This document shows, piece by piece, positions 34,856-44,683 of a stretch of DNA of 47,176 nt. The first letter of the stretch is position 1; each line of letters starts with the position of its first letter. This stretch comes from Candidatus Daviesbacteria bacterium RIFCSPHIGHO2_01_FULL_40_11 (GTDB lineage: Bacteria > Patescibacteriota > Microgenomatia > Daviesbacterales > UBA10151). The notes beneath the pieces were generated by a model, which was given only the letters and a program-made list of their open reading frames with translations, had not been told where the DNA came from and ran no database searches. Both the position numbers and the translations under genes were made by a program. The stretch covers positions 1,124 through 48,299 of the forward strand of contig MFCP01000004.1 of the NCBI GenBank assembly GCA_001776635.1, given 5' to 3'.

Positions 34856-35482
34856 ATGAAAAATTATTTTGTCAGACCTAGTCATCCAATTTTGACAAAA
34901 ACTGCCAAAGAAATTTCGGAGGGTCAATTAAATTCTTCCCAAATTAAAAAGATTTGCGAACTCATGTTAAAAATAATCCGAGGAGAGCAGAAAGGACGCA
35001 AAAGGGGAGTCGGACTGGCTGCACCACAGATTGGAATTTCTAAAAGAATGATTTTAGTAGACGTAAAGGCTAATGGAAAGGGTAAAGTTGGGAATCTACG
35101 AGTTTACATCAACCCAAAAATAATCTGGAAATCTAAAAAGGGAAAGGAGTGGTATGAAGGATGCTATTCCACAGACAGAATCTGCGGCATTGTCTCCCGC
35201 CCAATCTCCATTAAAATCCAAGCTTTTACTCTTGCTCCTAAAAAATGGAGGGCTAAATTTGTAGAAGAAAAACATAGAGGTTATGTAGCTAGGATTTTTC
35301 AACATGAAATTGACCACCTGGATGGAAAAATATTTATAGATCACATCAAAAATCCTGATAAATTACACTGGGTAGAGGAACAGGAATTTCCGCTATACAG
35401 AAACAAGGAAACCTGGCGCAACTGGCCCAAAAAACATCCTTTGGCTAATTACGATCTAGGAAGCAGTAAGAACTTTACATAG
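34856..35482 (+). CDS. def: peptide deformylase
   Basis: Motifs GVGLAAPQIG, EGCYS, and QHEIDHLDG. Confidence 0.9.
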   Translation: MKNYFVRPSHPILTKTAKEISEGQLNSSQIKKICELMLKIIRGEQKGRKRGVGLAAPQIGISKRMILVDVKANGKGKVGNLRVYINPKIIWKSKKGKEWYEGCYSTDRICGIVSRPISIKIQAFTLAPKKWRAKFVEEKHRGYVARIFQHEIDHLDGKIFIDHIKNPDKLHWVEEQEFPLYRNKETWRNWPKKHPLANYDLGSSKNFT

Positions 35483-36175
35483 TGATCTAGTAACTAACGC
35501 TATATTATCCAAAGACATTTCTAAATACTCTCTCGAGGTTCCTTTTGTCGAAAACCCAACCAAATCAACTCCAATAAATTTATACCTTTGTCCTAAAGTT
35601 TCAAGATTCCATAATAACCTGTATATATCAAAACCAATTGGAGATTGAGGAAAAAGATGATGAATACCTGCGCCTTTATCTAAAACATCAAAATCAACAC
35701 TGACATATACCTCATCCTGTTTCACCCCTTCAGGATCTTCACTCCAATCAAGCCGATTTAATTCTATTTTTGGCGTTAAGAGTGTAGGATTATTCCTTCT
35801 TTTCCCGGTGAGTCCTTCTTCAAGAAAATATACTCCGTCACAACTTTGATCACCCATGATACCCTGAACAAAACTCCTAAAAGTGTTATTATCTCCGTTA
35901 ATGGAGTCTAAATCATCATGACCATCAATATGTAAATAGGAAAAGGGTGGAAGTTGAATCGTTCTTCTTTTGCTACTTAATTCTTTGACTATTCTTCGCG
36001 TTAAATGATGTAGATAACCATCGCCATTATAGATAATGAACGGTTTCTGTGGATTAATCGGACTACAATCCAGGTTTAATGGCCTAACATTAATGTGGAG
36101 ACGTTTTCTTGTTTCGAAAGCCACAAGTTTAGCATCCTCGGAATCTAAATGGAAAAAATCTACTTTGTTCAACAT
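35456..36175 (-). CDS. divergent arginase/agmatinase (ureohydrolase)-fold-like protein
   Basis: Motifs resemble the ureohydrolase metal ligands: LHIDGHDDLD (compare DAHxD) and VYVSVDFDVLD (compare SxDxDxxD). The GGDHS motif is not clear. Start set at the ATG at 36175, 8 nt after a TAAAAT box. Confidence 0.4.
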   Translation of the reverse strand: MLNKVDFFHLDSEDAKLVAFETRKRLHINVRPLNLDCSPINPQKPFIIYNGDGYLHHLTRRIVKELSSKRRTIQLPPFSYLHIDGHDDLDSINGDNNTFRSFVQGIMGDQSCDGVYFLEEGLTGKRRNNPTLLTPKIELNRLDWSEDPEGVKQDEVYVSVDFDVLDKGAGIHHLFPQSPIGFDIYRLLWNLETLGQRYKFIGVDLVGFSTKGTSREYLEMSLDNIALVTRSLCKVLTAS

Positions 36176-36183
36176 AGAGTTGT

Positions 36184-36212
36184 ATTTTATCAACTATAGG
36201 TCTTAAAAGCAA
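36184..36212 (-). promoter_or_regulatory. candidate promoter for the ureohydrolase-like gene
   Basis: On the minus strand, TTGCTT-17 nt-TAAAAT, with the -10 box ending 8 nt before the ATG at 36175. Confidence 0.35.
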
Positions 36213-36221
36213 CTTTCAATC

Positions 36222-36251
36222 TTGTTTTTAACATTGCGAAAAAGGTATAAT
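36222..36251 (+). promoter_or_regulatory. candidate promoter for gyrA
   Basis: TTGTTT-18 nt-TATAAT. The predicted leader of about 30 nt contains the gagc-GAAA-gctc tetraloop hairpin followed by cttttt, and has no SD. Confidence 0.4.
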
Positions 36252-36287
36252 TAACCTAGAGCGAAAGCTCCTTTTTCGTATCTCCTT

Positions 36288-38807
36288 ATGAGCAACATTG
36301 GCAAAATTCAACCAGCCCCCATTATTGAAGAAATGCAGAAGTCCTATTTGGACTATGCTATGTCTGTTATTGTCTCCCGGGCTCTCCCTGATGTCCGCGA
36401 CGGCCTAAAGCCGGTCCAGCGCAGGATTATTTTTGCCTGTCACCAGCAGGGCTTACACCACACCTCCCGTTTTCAAAAATCGGCTGCCGTAGTCGGAGAA
36501 GTCTTGAAAAATTTTCACCCGCACGGCGATGCGCCGGTTTATGAAGCCATGGTCAGAATGGCCCAGAATTTTTCCATGAGATATATGTTGATTGATGGCC
36601 AGGGAAATTTCGGGTCAATTGACGGAGACTCACCAGCTGCCATGAGGTATACCGAAGCCAGACTATCGGCAATTTCCGAGGAACTCCTGCGAGATATTAA
36701 TAAAAACACCGTTGGGTTTGTAGACAATTACTCAGGTACCACCCAAGAACCAATACTGCTGCCTTCGGTGATACCAAATCTTCTTTTAAATGGTGCATCC
36801 GGTATTGCTGTTGGTATGGCCACCCAAATTCCACCACATAATTTAGGTGAGGTTTGTGATGCACTGGTTTACATGATAGACAACCCAATAGAGAAGACGG
36901 GGAAGTCAAGTGCAGACAAAACAACAGAAATAACTGACGAACCGGCTAGTAACGGATTTCAGTCGAAAGCTACTGTAGAGAATCTCATGGAATTTATTAA
37001 AGGCCCGGATTTTCCGACGGGAGCTTCTATTTACGACCAAACAGAAATTCTGGCAGCTTATGCAACCGGCAAAGGAAGAATCGTGATGAGGGCTAAAGCC
37101 GAAATCGATGAAACCCCGGCGGGAAAGATGCAAATTATTGTCTCAGAACTACCGTATCAAGTTAACAAAGCAACCCTCATCGCCAGAATTGCAGAACTTG
37201 TTAAAGACAAAAAACTGGAAAGCATTGCAGATCTGCGCGATGAATCGGACCGCAAACAAATGGTGAGGATTGTTTTTGACCTAAAAAGGGATGCCAAACC
37301 TCAAGCAATTTTAAACAATCTTTATAAACATACAGCCATGCAATCGGTTTTCAACGTAAACTTAGTGGCTCTTTCAAACGGCGTACCACATCTTTTGACC
37401 CTAAAACACATCTTGGAGGAATTCATTCACCACAGGCAAGTTGTTGTCAGGAAACGCTCGGAATTTGAACTGGCGGAAGCCAAAGCTAGAGAGCATATCT
37501 TGGAAGGATTAAAAATTGCCGTTGATAACATTGATGCGGTTATCGAAACAATCAAGAAATCCAAAGACGCCGATGCTGCAAAGCAGAATTTAATGGTTAA
37601 ATTCAAACTCACCGAAATTCAGGCTTTGGCAATTTTGGACATGCAACTTCGAAGGTTAGCCGCACTTGAAAGACAAAAAATCGAAGATGAGCTAAAGATG
37701 ATCCGTGAAACTATTACTTATTTGGAGGATTTATTAGCCCACCCGGAAAAAATCTTAAAAGTGATTAAGGATGAACTAACAAGATTGCGAGAAAAATACG
37801 GTGACGACAGGAAAACTCGAGTCTACAAACAAAAGGTCGGAGAGTTTAACGAAGAAGATTTAGTACCAAACGAGGTAACCATTGCTACTATTACTGAAGG
37901 TGGATATATCAAGCGTCAATCCCCAATGTCTTTTAGGACACAACAGCGGGGCGGCAAAGGGGTGATGGGCATTTCCACTAAAGAAACAGATGCCGTGTCC
38001 CATATTTTCTATACCCAAACTCATGACAGCATCCTCTTTTTTACCGATAAAGGTAGAGTTTTTCAAATTAAAGTCTGGGAAATTCCGGAAACCCAACGCG
38101 CAGCCAAAGGCCAGGCAGTTGTCAATCTAATAAATGTTGGACAAGGAGAAAAAGTCACGGCAGTTTTGACCACCCGTCAAAAAGGAGAGAGCGCCAAGTA
38201 CTTTTTTATGTGTACCAAAAAGGGTACGGTCAAAAAAACCTCTTTAGAGGAATATGCCAATATCAGAAAAAGTGGCCTGGTGGCGATTAAGTTAGACTCA
38301 GGGGATGAGCTTGGTTGGGTAGCTCCTACTTCCGGCAAAGATGACCTGATTATTGTCTCAAGGTCGGGCAAATCAATCCGCTTCTCTGAAACCCAGGTCA
38401 AGCCAACCCATCGGGATACTTCCGGCGTCAGAGGGATTAAACTCGGGAAGGATGACGAAGTAGTCTCATTAAATATCGTCCAAAAAGATGCCCAACTTTT
38501 GGTAATCATGGAAAATGGCTTGGGTAAAAAAACTTTATTTTCGGCTTGGAACAGGCAGGGGAGAGGAGGACAAGGAGTCAAAGCTGCTCAAGTAACAGCA
38601 AAAACCGGACCCATTGTTACAGCCAAAGCCATTGACGGCAAAATGGATACTTTAGTACTAACTTCTACAAAGGGGCAACTTATCAAAATGAATCTGGCAG
38701 AAGTGCCTATTTTGCAGCGCCAAACTCAAGGTGTAATTTTGATGAGAGTCAGACCGGGAGAAAAGGTGGCAGCTGCGACAGTGGTAGCTTCAAAAGAAAA
38801 GGCATAA
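36288..38807 (+). CDS. gyrA: DNA gyrase subunit A
   Basis: 839 aa. [21 protein letters not shown], the active-site AAMRYTE, and a C-terminal beta-pinwheel containing the GyrA-box-like QRGGKGV. Confidence 0.95.
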   Translation: MSNIGKIQPAPIIEEMQKSYLDYAMSVIVSRALPDVRDGLKPVQRRIIFACHQQGLHHTSRFQKSAAVVGEVLKNFHPHGDAPVYEAMVRMAQNFSMRYMLIDGQGNFGSIDGDSPAAMRYTEARLSAISEELLRDINKNTVGFVDNYSGTTQEPILLPSVIPNLLLNGASGIAVGMATQIPPHNLGEVCDALVYMIDNPIEKTGKSSADKTTEITDEPASNGFQSKATVENLMEFIKGPDFPTGASIYDQTEILAAYATGKGRIVMRAKAEIDETPAGKMQIIVSELPYQVNKATLIARIAELVKDKKLESIADLRDESDRKQMVRIVFDLKRDAKPQAILNNLYKHTAMQSVFNVNLVALSNGVPHLLTLKHILEEFIHHRQVVVRKRSEFELAEAKAREHILEGLKIAVDNIDAVIETIKKSKDADAAKQNLMVKFKLTEIQALAILDMQLRRLAALERQKIEDELKMIRETITYLEDLLAHPEKILKVIKDELTRLREKYGDDRKTRVYKQKVGEFNEEDLVPNEVTIATITEGGYIKRQSPMSFRTQQRGGKGVMGISTKETDAVSHIFYTQTHDSILFFTDKGRVFQIKVWEIPETQRAAKGQAVVNLINVGQGEKVTAVLTTRQKGESAKYFFMCTKKGTVKKTSLEEYANIRKSGLVAIKLDSGDELGWVAPTSGKDDLIIVSRSGKSIRFSETQVKPTHRDTSGVRGIKLGKDDEVVSLNIVQKDAQLLVIMENGLGKKTLFSAWNRQGRGGQGVKAAQVTAKTGPIVTAKAIDGKMDTLVLTSTKGQLIKMNLAEVPILQRQTQGVILMRVRPGEKVAAATVVASKEKA

Positions 38808-38815
38808 TCAATTAG

Positions 38816-39025
38816 ATGTCTAAAGATAAATTAATTTCCACTATAACTATAGTTTACTTCATGATTGGTTTTGTTTTTTCTGTGGCTTTTGCCCTATATT
38901 ACCGCTGGCCATTTTTATCCTTTTTATCGCCGGGATTTTATAGCGTCATTTTAACCTGGCCCTTCCAGGTAATCGGCTTTACCAGAGACCTTCTGACCTA
39001 CGGCCTCGCCGGCAAACCTATATAG
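38816..39025 (+). CDS. small membrane protein, hypothetical
   Basis: 69 aa with two hydrophobic segments. It starts 8 nt after the gyrA stop. Confidence 0.35.
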   Translation: MSKDKLISTITIVYFMIGFVFSVAFALYYRWPFLSFLSPGFYSVILTWPFQVIGFTRDLLTYGLAGKPI

Positions 39026-39026
39026 A

Positions 39027-39302
39027 TTACTTACTTCCCAAGAATTTCTGGACCAAGTCATTAAGATAATTTGATAACCGGGCAATGATAAGGGCTGAGA
39101 GGAGAAATTCCCAGAAAGGACTCCTTATTTCTGTACCTAAAAGTACGTTAAACAGGCTTACTTGAAAAGCAAAAGTCAGTAAAATTGCAATTACTAAAGA
39201 TAACAAGGGAATATAGGGCTTCAAAGCCTGGATGCTGCCAACTAAATACTCAATAACGGCTTCATTCAAAGTAGTGAGGATCAAAACCACCAACCAATTC
39301 AT
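39027..39302 (-). CDS. small multi-TM membrane protein, hypothetical (holin-like size and topology only)
   Basis: 91 aa with 2-3 hydrophobic segments and a short polar C-terminus. Its start overlaps the stop of the upstream ORF by 4 nt. Confidence 0.4.
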   Translation of the reverse strand: MNWLVVLILTTLNEAVIEYLVGSIQALKPYIPLLSLVIAILLTFAFQVSLFNVLLGTEIRSPFWEFLLSALIIARLSNYLNDLVQKFLGSK

Positions 39303-39577
39303 GCAGCCTTTCCGGGCGGGAAGAGAAACTTATATAGGTTAATAAGAACACCTACTATTGTCAAGGTATTATCGGTATGTAACTTTTCTTTATCCTTCAC
39401 ACCCTTACATTCCGATAACCTCATTTCCAGATCCTTTATCTTTTGATCTCTTTCTTGCAAGGCCTCCTGCAAAATTATTACTTGCTGATTTAATGATGCT
39501 AAAGTTGTCTGCATGCTTTCAACTTGAGTCTGTAAATCACCGGAAGTTATGGGAGCGTTAAAAACTATCTCAGACAT
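39299..39577 (-). CDS. coiled-coil protein with hydrophobic C-terminus, hypothetical
   Basis: 92 aa with heptad-like LQTQVESMQTTLASLNQQVIILQEALQERDQKIKDLEMRL. Preceded by TTGACA-17-TAGTAT. Confidence 0.4.
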   Translation of the reverse strand: MSEIVFNAPITSGDLQTQVESMQTTLASLNQQVIILQEALQERDQKIKDLEMRLSECKGVKDKEKLHTDNTLTIVGVLINLYKFLFPPGKAA

Positions 39578-39600
39578 AAAAGCGGGGCAGTACGCCCTAA

Positions 39601-39629
39601 ATACTACAAGAGCTCGCTCTTTCTGTCAA
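39601..39629 (-). promoter_or_regulatory. sigma-70-like promoter with a palindrome in the spacer, for the 39577-39027 two-gene unit
   Basis: On the minus strand, TTGACA-17 nt-TAGTAT. The spacer contains the perfect 6-2-6 palindrome aagagc-tc-gctctt (39608-39621). Confidence 0.5.
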
Positions 39630-39635
39630 TCTGAA

Positions 39636-41948
39636 TTAGATTTTAAAGAGAGACCGGAGTGGGGGAAGCGTAATGATCAAAAGCTGTATTACCAGGATAA
39701 TCACCACTGAAACAAAAAGCTTTTTATTAGAATAAATTCCGTGATGCCTTCTCATCACAAAAGGCAAAATCATCTGCAAAACTACCATGATGGTAAAAGT
39801 AACCGCGCGGGATGTTTGAAGACCCATGGTAGTAAACACAAAGTAAAAAGTTAATAAACAAATCAAAGCTATAACGGTTCCGCCGGAAACTATAAAGCGT
39901 AGCGAATCTCTACTCAGTAAACTAAGGCGCTTTCGGGGCTGGGTTTGCATCAGGTGCGCCGAGGCGCTATCAAAACCTAAAGCCAGTGCCGGCGGCCCAT
40001 CCGTCACAAAATTAATCCACAGGATTTGGATAGGCAGAAGGGGTACAGGCAATCCCAAAATAGCACCTCCTCCTATAAGAATTACCTCCGATAAATTTCC
40101 GGTGAGCAGGAATTTGACCACTTTTAAAATATTGCTATAAATTAATCTCCCTTGTTCAACAGCTGAAACTAGGGTGGCAAAATTATCATCCATTAAAATT
40201 ATATCTGATGCCTCCTTGCTGACATCGGTGCCAATTTTACCCATGGACACTCCCACCTCGGCCTGTTTTAGGGCCAGCACGTCATTAACCCCATCTCCTG
40301 TGACAGCCACCACCTCACCTAGGCTTTGATAAGCTTTAACAATCCTAAATTTTTCCTCTGGAGTGATCCTGGCAAAAATCCGGACCTTGCCGATTCTTTG
40401 CAAAAGTTCTTCCTCGCTTAAGTCATTTAGTTGGCTGCCGGTTAAAATCTCATCACCTTCCGATAAAAGCCCTACTTTTTCTCCCACCGCTTTGGCTGTC
40501 AGTTCGTTATCGCCGGTCACCATTACCACTTTAATCCCAGCCTTCCTTGTTAAATTAAGGGCAGCTTTTACCTCGGGGCGTACCTCATCCGCGATTCCCA
40601 CTAACCCTAAGAATTGCCTATCTTTGGAAAATGCCAAAACCCGAAGGCCCTTTTTGGCCATTTTTTGATACTCCAAATCCCATTTTTTTCTCGCATCCTC
40701 GGACAATTTAGATTCGGCAATTAGTACTTCCGGGGCACCTTTACTAAATTCGCTTCTTTTGTCAGTTTCCTGCCACACTACAGTCATTTTTCTTTTCTCC
40801 AAATTAAACGGTATTTCTTCAATTAATTTCCCTTCTGATTTCATCAGGTCAATATCTAACCCATTATCCCTCCCAAAAAGCAAAAGCGCCCCTTCGGTAC
40901 TGTCACCCAGGATATCAAAGCTGTTTCCATCTTCTTTTAAAACTAAACTGGCGCTGTTGCACACCACTGCACACTTTAGCAGATCGGCTTTCCTGGAATC
41001 TGCAATGCTTATTTCTTGTACTCTCATTTCATTTTTGGTTAAAGTCCCGGTTTTATCCGTACAAATTACGGTGGCCGACCCCAAAGATTCAACCGCGATC
41101 ATCTTTCTGACCAAAGCTTTTTTTCGGTACATTTTGCGCATCCCCATTGCCAAAATTATTGTCACCACAGCCGGTAAACCCTCCGGTACCACCGCCACCA
41201 TCAAAGCAATGCTTGAGATAGCCATAGATGAGATATCATAGCCTTGCAGTATCCTTAAAATAAAAATCAAGGCGGCCACCACCAGGGCTCCGAGTCCCAG
41301 AGCTTTACTTAAATTTGCCAGAGCCCGCTCAAACGGGGTTTGCTCATCCTCCACGGTGCTCAAACTTTCTGCCAGGGATCCGAATTTAGTTCTTATTCCA
41401 GTTTGTAAAACACCAATCTTAGCCCGGCCTGAAGTAACAGTAGTTGCGAAAAACACTAAATTTTCATCTTCCTTTGTTGATTTCGCTACAGGCAAAGATT
41501 CACCGGTTAAAATCGACTCACTAACCTGCAAAGAGTAGCTTTCCAAAACCACCCCGTCTGCCGGGATTCTGTCTCCGGACTCTAAAATCACTAAATCTCC
41601 CGGGACAATCTCATATGCCCCAATCTCAATTTGTTTACCATCCCTTTCGACACGGGAGTATTCAACCTCAAGTTTTCTGAGGGCCTCCAGTTCCCGGGAA
41701 GCCTTATATTCTTGCCAAAAACCCAAAATGGTATTTAGTACCAAAATCCCGGCGATCAAAAAGGTGTCCAATCTGTCACCAATCATGGCAGACAAAATGA
41801 TGGCGCCTAAAAGCAGGAAAGAAAGGGGGTTTTGAAACTGCTTGAGTAAAACCTTGAAAGCAGAGGTTTTTTGTTTGGCTGGCAGCTGATTCGGGCCATA
41901 TTTGTTTAATTCTTGCTTTGCCTGCTCCCTGGTTAATCCGTATTTCAT
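39636..41948 (-). CDS. P-type cation-transporting ATPase (P2-like, Ca2+/Mg2+ type)
   Basis: 770 aa. N-terminal cation-ATPase-N region (GLTREQAKQELNKYGPNQLP), PEGLP in M4, the phosphorylation site DKTGTLT, TGDN, and GDGVNDVLAL. Confidence 0.9.
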   Translation of the reverse strand: MKYGLTREQAKQELNKYGPNQLPAKQKTSAFKVLLKQFQNPLSFLLLGAIILSAMIGDRLDTFLIAGILVLNTILGFWQEYKASRELEALRKLEVEYSRVERDGKQIEIGAYEIVPGDLVILESGDRIPADGVVLESYSLQVSESILTGESLPVAKSTKEDENLVFFATTVTSGRAKIGVLQTGIRTKFGSLAESLSTVEDEQTPFERALANLSKALGLGALVVAALIFILRILQGYDISSMAISSIALMVAVVPEGLPAVVTIILAMGMRKMYRKKALVRKMIAVESLGSATVICTDKTGTLTKNEMRVQEISIADSRKADLLKCAVVCNSASLVLKEDGNSFDILGDSTEGALLLFGRDNGLDIDLMKSEGKLIEEIPFNLEKRKMTVVWQETDKRSEFSKGAPEVLIAESKLSEDARKKWDLEYQKMAKKGLRVLAFSKDRQFLGLVGIADEVRPEVKAALNLTRKAGIKVVMVTGDNELTAKAVGEKVGLLSEGDEILTGSQLNDLSEEELLQRIGKVRIFARITPEEKFRIVKAYQSLGEVVAVTGDGVNDVLALKQAEVGVSMGKIGTDVSKEASDIILMDDNFATLVSAVEQGRLIYSNILKVVKFLLTGNLSEVILIGGGAILGLPVPLLPIQILWINFVTDGPPALALGFDSASAHLMQTQPRKRLSLLSRDSLRFIVSGGTVIALICLLTFYFVFTTMGLQTSRAVTFTIMVVLQMILPFVMRRHHGIYSNKKLFVSVVIILVIQLLIITLPPLRSLFKI

Positions 41949-42499
41949 GAGATTAAGTTAATGGGTAAAACTATAAGTAATATTCCGGCAGTGTTCAAGA
42001 TATAAGTTAAGAGCGCAACTTCCTGATATCTTAACTTAGAAGCCCCTAACATGAATAAACCAATCTCATCCGGAAAAGGGGAAGCTACAATAATTGCCCC
42101 TATTAAAGGTACTATGAATCCCAAGCGAAGCTTTTGTAGGAAAATATTAAATTTATTATAGCCCAGTTGTTTTGAAATCTGATTTAGATCCGAATAAAGC
42201 TGTCCTCTAAAGAATTTTATCATCAAAAGATCTGCCAAAGCCGCCCCCACTCCTGCCAAAAGTGCTGTCACAATTGGGTTATTTTCCTGCGCCAAGACAA
42301 TTAACATAGCCACAGATATAGGCGCACTCAGAAAAGATGTATATAGAAAACCAGCCAAAATTTCTGAAACAAATCTTAAGGGCATAATAGCTTCAATTAA
42401 ACCCTGAAGATAACCGCTTTTTATAAGCCACCATGCAAAACTTAAAGATAAAATAAAGACACCAGTTTTTAAGATAAGTTTTTTCAGTTTCCGATCCAT
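41945..42499 (-). CDS. polytopic membrane protein, hypothetical
   Basis: 184 aa with about 5 hydrophobic segments. Its stop overlaps the ATPase start (ATGA), suggesting a co-transcribed pair. Confidence 0.5.
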   Translation of the reverse strand: MDRKLKKLILKTGVFILSLSFAWWLIKSGYLQGLIEAIMPLRFVSEILAGFLYTSFLSAPISVAMLIVLAQENNPIVTALLAGVGAALADLLMIKFFRGQLYSDLNQISKQLGYNKFNIFLQKLRLGFIVPLIGAIIVASPFPDEIGLFMLGASKLRYQEVALLTYILNTAGILLIVLPINLIS

Positions 42500-42573
42500 T
42501 CTTTTAAGTTTAACAGAAATCTTGACAGATGAAAAAATTTAATTCACTATGAATATAGAGGGGGTGATAGAAA

Positions 42574-42930
42574 ATGCAAATTATTTTGAGTTTAATTTTA
42601 AATGCGCTAGCCCTTATTGTAACAGCCTACATTGTCCCGGGAATCCAGATCGCCAGTTTCACTACAGCACTCCTCGCTGCCATAGTTTTGGGGGTAATTA
42701 ATACCTTTATTAAACCTGTGCTTCAACTTATAACAGCGCCTTTGACAATTATCACTTTTGGACTGTTTGCCTTTGTAGTCAATGCCGTGGTCTTATTTTT
42801 AGTTTCGGCAGTTGTGCCAGGATTTACGGTTAACGGATGGCTCCCGGCCATACTGGGGGCAATTGTTTTATCAATTGTCTCAACAGTTTTGGATTCATTG
42901 CTCAAGGATCTGGGTAAATTGAAGAAATGA
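42574..42930 (+). CDS. DUF360 / phage-holin-family-4-like (YvlD-type) membrane protein
   Basis: 118 aa with four TM segments and the typical LALIVTAYIVPGI...FVVNAVVL...VPGF layout. The strong SD GAGGGGGTGAT lies 5 nt upstream. Confidence 0.65.
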   Translation: MQIILSLILNALALIVTAYIVPGIQIASFTTALLAAIVLGVINTFIKPVLQLITAPLTIITFGLFAFVVNAVVLFLVSAVVPGFTVNGWLPAILGAIVLSIVSTVLDSLLKDLGKLKK

Positions 42931-42943
42931 CAACGAGACGAAA

Positions 42944-42972
42944 TTGATTTTTGTCGAGGAATTTGGTATATT
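42944..42972 (+). promoter_or_regulatory. candidate promoter for the 42982-43733 two-gene unit
   Basis: TTGATT-17 nt-TATATT, with the -10 box ending 9 nt before the ATG at 42982. Confidence 0.4.
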
Positions 42973-42981
42973 ACCCTGAAC

Positions 42982-43365
42982 ATGAACAGGGAGAACGGCA
43001 AAGACCGAGGTTTTTCACCCGAGGAAGAAGGGCAGACTCCTACCGAGGCATCAAATGACTACCTCAGGTTCATGAGGAAAATGGTCAAGTGGGGTGCTGT
43101 TGGTCTTGGTGTAGGAATTCTATTAACCGGATTAGGACTTGCCACACATAACGGTACGTTATTGAGCGCCGGAACACTTATTGATACTGCAGGATTTTTT
43201 GGTGTATGTACGGGAGGATTTGGTGTTATTTATCCAAAAGTAGAGAAAAAAACAAACGCCATAGCGTTAAAAGCCTATGAAGACATGAATGGGTTTATTG
43301 AGGGGATGTATAGTGCTGCGGATAAGTTGATTGCTATCTTTAACAAGAGCAATCAGCCTAAATGA
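42982..43365 (+). CDS. hypothetical membrane protein
   Basis: 127 aa with two Gly-rich hydrophobic segments. TTGATT-17-TATATT ends 9 nt upstream of the ATG. Confidence 0.4.
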   Translation: MNRENGKDRGFSPEEEGQTPTEASNDYLRFMRKMVKWGAVGLGVGILLTGLGLATHNGTLLSAGTLIDTAGFFGVCTGGFGVIYPKVEKKTNAIALKAYEDMNGFIEGMYSAADKLIAIFNKSNQPK

Positions 43366-43733
43366 ATAAAAACCCAAAAGATACCCTTTTAGAAACCCTA
43401 ACAATCATAGGATATACAGATGACAGGGACAAATTTGCAGAAGAATTTCTCAATCTTTGCCAGCAGCAGGCATTTCTAAATCTTATACAAAAATTACCAA
43501 AAGACAAAAGAGAAGAGCTGGAGAAAGAACTTTCTCAAGGTAACTCTTCCCAAAAACTCCAGGAAATAATTAGAAAATATTTCAGTATCAAAAAGTACAC
43601 TGAAGCTTTAGAGGAAGTAACAGAAAAGGCATTTATGGGATATATTGAGAAAGTTCTACCTATCTTATCGGCCAGCCAGAAAAATAATCTTCAGAAATTT
43701 TTATCTTCACTAGCATCTGCAAAAACTTCCTGA
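43362..43733 (+). CDS. hypothetical helical protein
   Basis: 123 aa. Its start overlaps the stop of the previous ORF (ATGA). No motif recognised. Confidence 0.4.
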   Translation: MNKNPKDTLLETLTIIGYTDDRDKFAEEFLNLCQQQAFLNLIQKLPKDKREELEKELSQGNSSQKLQEIIRKYFSIKKYTEALEEVTEKAFMGYIEKVLPILSASQKNNLQKFLSSLASAKTS

Positions 43734-43760
43734 TTACAGTTCTTAGAGCATCTTGCCTAA

Positions 43761-44678
43761 TCATTTATTACCTGAATGGAAAGCCTTATGCACATCTTTT
43801 AGGTGGGCATTGGTGACATGGGTATAAATTTGAGTAGTGGCAATATTTGAGTGTCCCAGCATCTCTTGGACCGAACGGATATCAGCGCCATTAATTAACA
43901 AATCTGTAGCAAAACTGTGCCGGAGTGTATGTGGAGTAGCCTTAACAGATAAACCCACTGCTTTTACATATTTTTCTACAATTCTCTCAATCGAGCGGGG
44001 AGTCAACCGCATTGCTTCACCGCTGTTACTCGGATCTATCCGGCCCTGGAAACGGATGAATAAGGGCTTAAAGGTATCTTTTCGGGCATCTAGATAGCGA
44101 CCTAACCATTCGCTTGCCGAGTCTGAAAGAAAGACTATCCTCTCTTTCGAACCTTTGCCAATTACGGAAAACTCTTGCCTGCTTAAATTGATGCTGTCAC
44201 AGTTTAGCGATGCTGCCTCGGAAACCCTCAAACCAGTGGAAAAAAGGAGCTCCAGAATTGCTTTATCGCGCAAACCTGATTTATTAGCCGTATCCGGTGC
44301 CTCCAGCAAGTTTTTGAGGGCCGTGTCATCCAAAACTTTGAGTGGCCTGGCCTCTGTTTCTCCCAGCTCTACTTTTTCCGGGGATAATGTTTTAACATCC
44401 TGGCGAGCCAGGTAACGAAGAAATGCCCGCAGTGCTATCATAAAATAGTTTTGGGTGATCCTTTTTAAGGGCCTTTTTGTTTTTGGATCTGTCCACCGCG
44501 AGAGATACAGCCTATACTTTCTTACTAGACTTAAATCTATATCTTTTGGGCCAATATCACCGCTAAATTCCAAAAATCGCTTCAAATAATGGTCGTAATT
44601 GCGGATGGTTAGCTGAGAAACATTCCGTTCAAGTTCAAGATATTCTAAAAAATCGGTGATAAGATTGGACAGTTGCAT
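43761..44678 (-). CDS. tyrosine recombinase, XerC/XerD family
   Basis: 305 aa. N-terminal SAM-like core-binding domain; C-terminal catalytic HTLRHSFAT...LGHSNIATTQIYTHV. Confidence 0.85.
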   Translation of the reverse strand: MQLSNLITDFLEYLELERNVSQLTIRNYDHYLKRFLEFSGDIGPKDIDLSLVRKYRLYLSRWTDPKTKRPLKRITQNYFMIALRAFLRYLARQDVKTLSPEKVELGETEARPLKVLDDTALKNLLEAPDTANKSGLRDKAILELLFSTGLRVSEAASLNCDSINLSRQEFSVIGKGSKERIVFLSDSASEWLGRYLDARKDTFKPLFIRFQGRIDPSNSGEAMRLTPRSIERIVEKYVKAVGLSVKATPHTLRHSFATDLLINGADIRSVQEMLGHSNIATTQIYTHVTNAHLKDVHKAFHSGNK

Positions 44679-44683
44679 TAAAA

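Noticed and set aside
36260-36275. The gagc-GAAA-gctc hairpin followed by cttttt in the gyrA leader, considered as an intrinsic terminator or attenuator.
   Set aside because: The stem is only 4 bp, too weak to call a terminator. It is noted only as part of the gyrA promoter/leader feature.
36880-37000. Extra segments in GyrA ([30 protein letters not shown]) and GyrB (about nt 25570-25660), considered as possible inteins or palindromic insertions.
   Set aside because: Both are far too short for inteins, no intein blocks are present, and I saw no inverted repeats or GC spike at the nucleotide level. They are probably ordinary lineage-specific loops.
38816-44678. An integrated prophage or mobile island, suggested by the tyrosine recombinase, the DUF360 (holin family 4) protein and the small holin-like membrane proteins.
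   Set aside because: There are no capsid, tail, terminase, lysin or replication genes, no flanking direct repeats that I could find, and no tRNA target. The recombinase has the full XerC/XerD-type layout and is more simply the chromosomal dimer-resolution enzyme.
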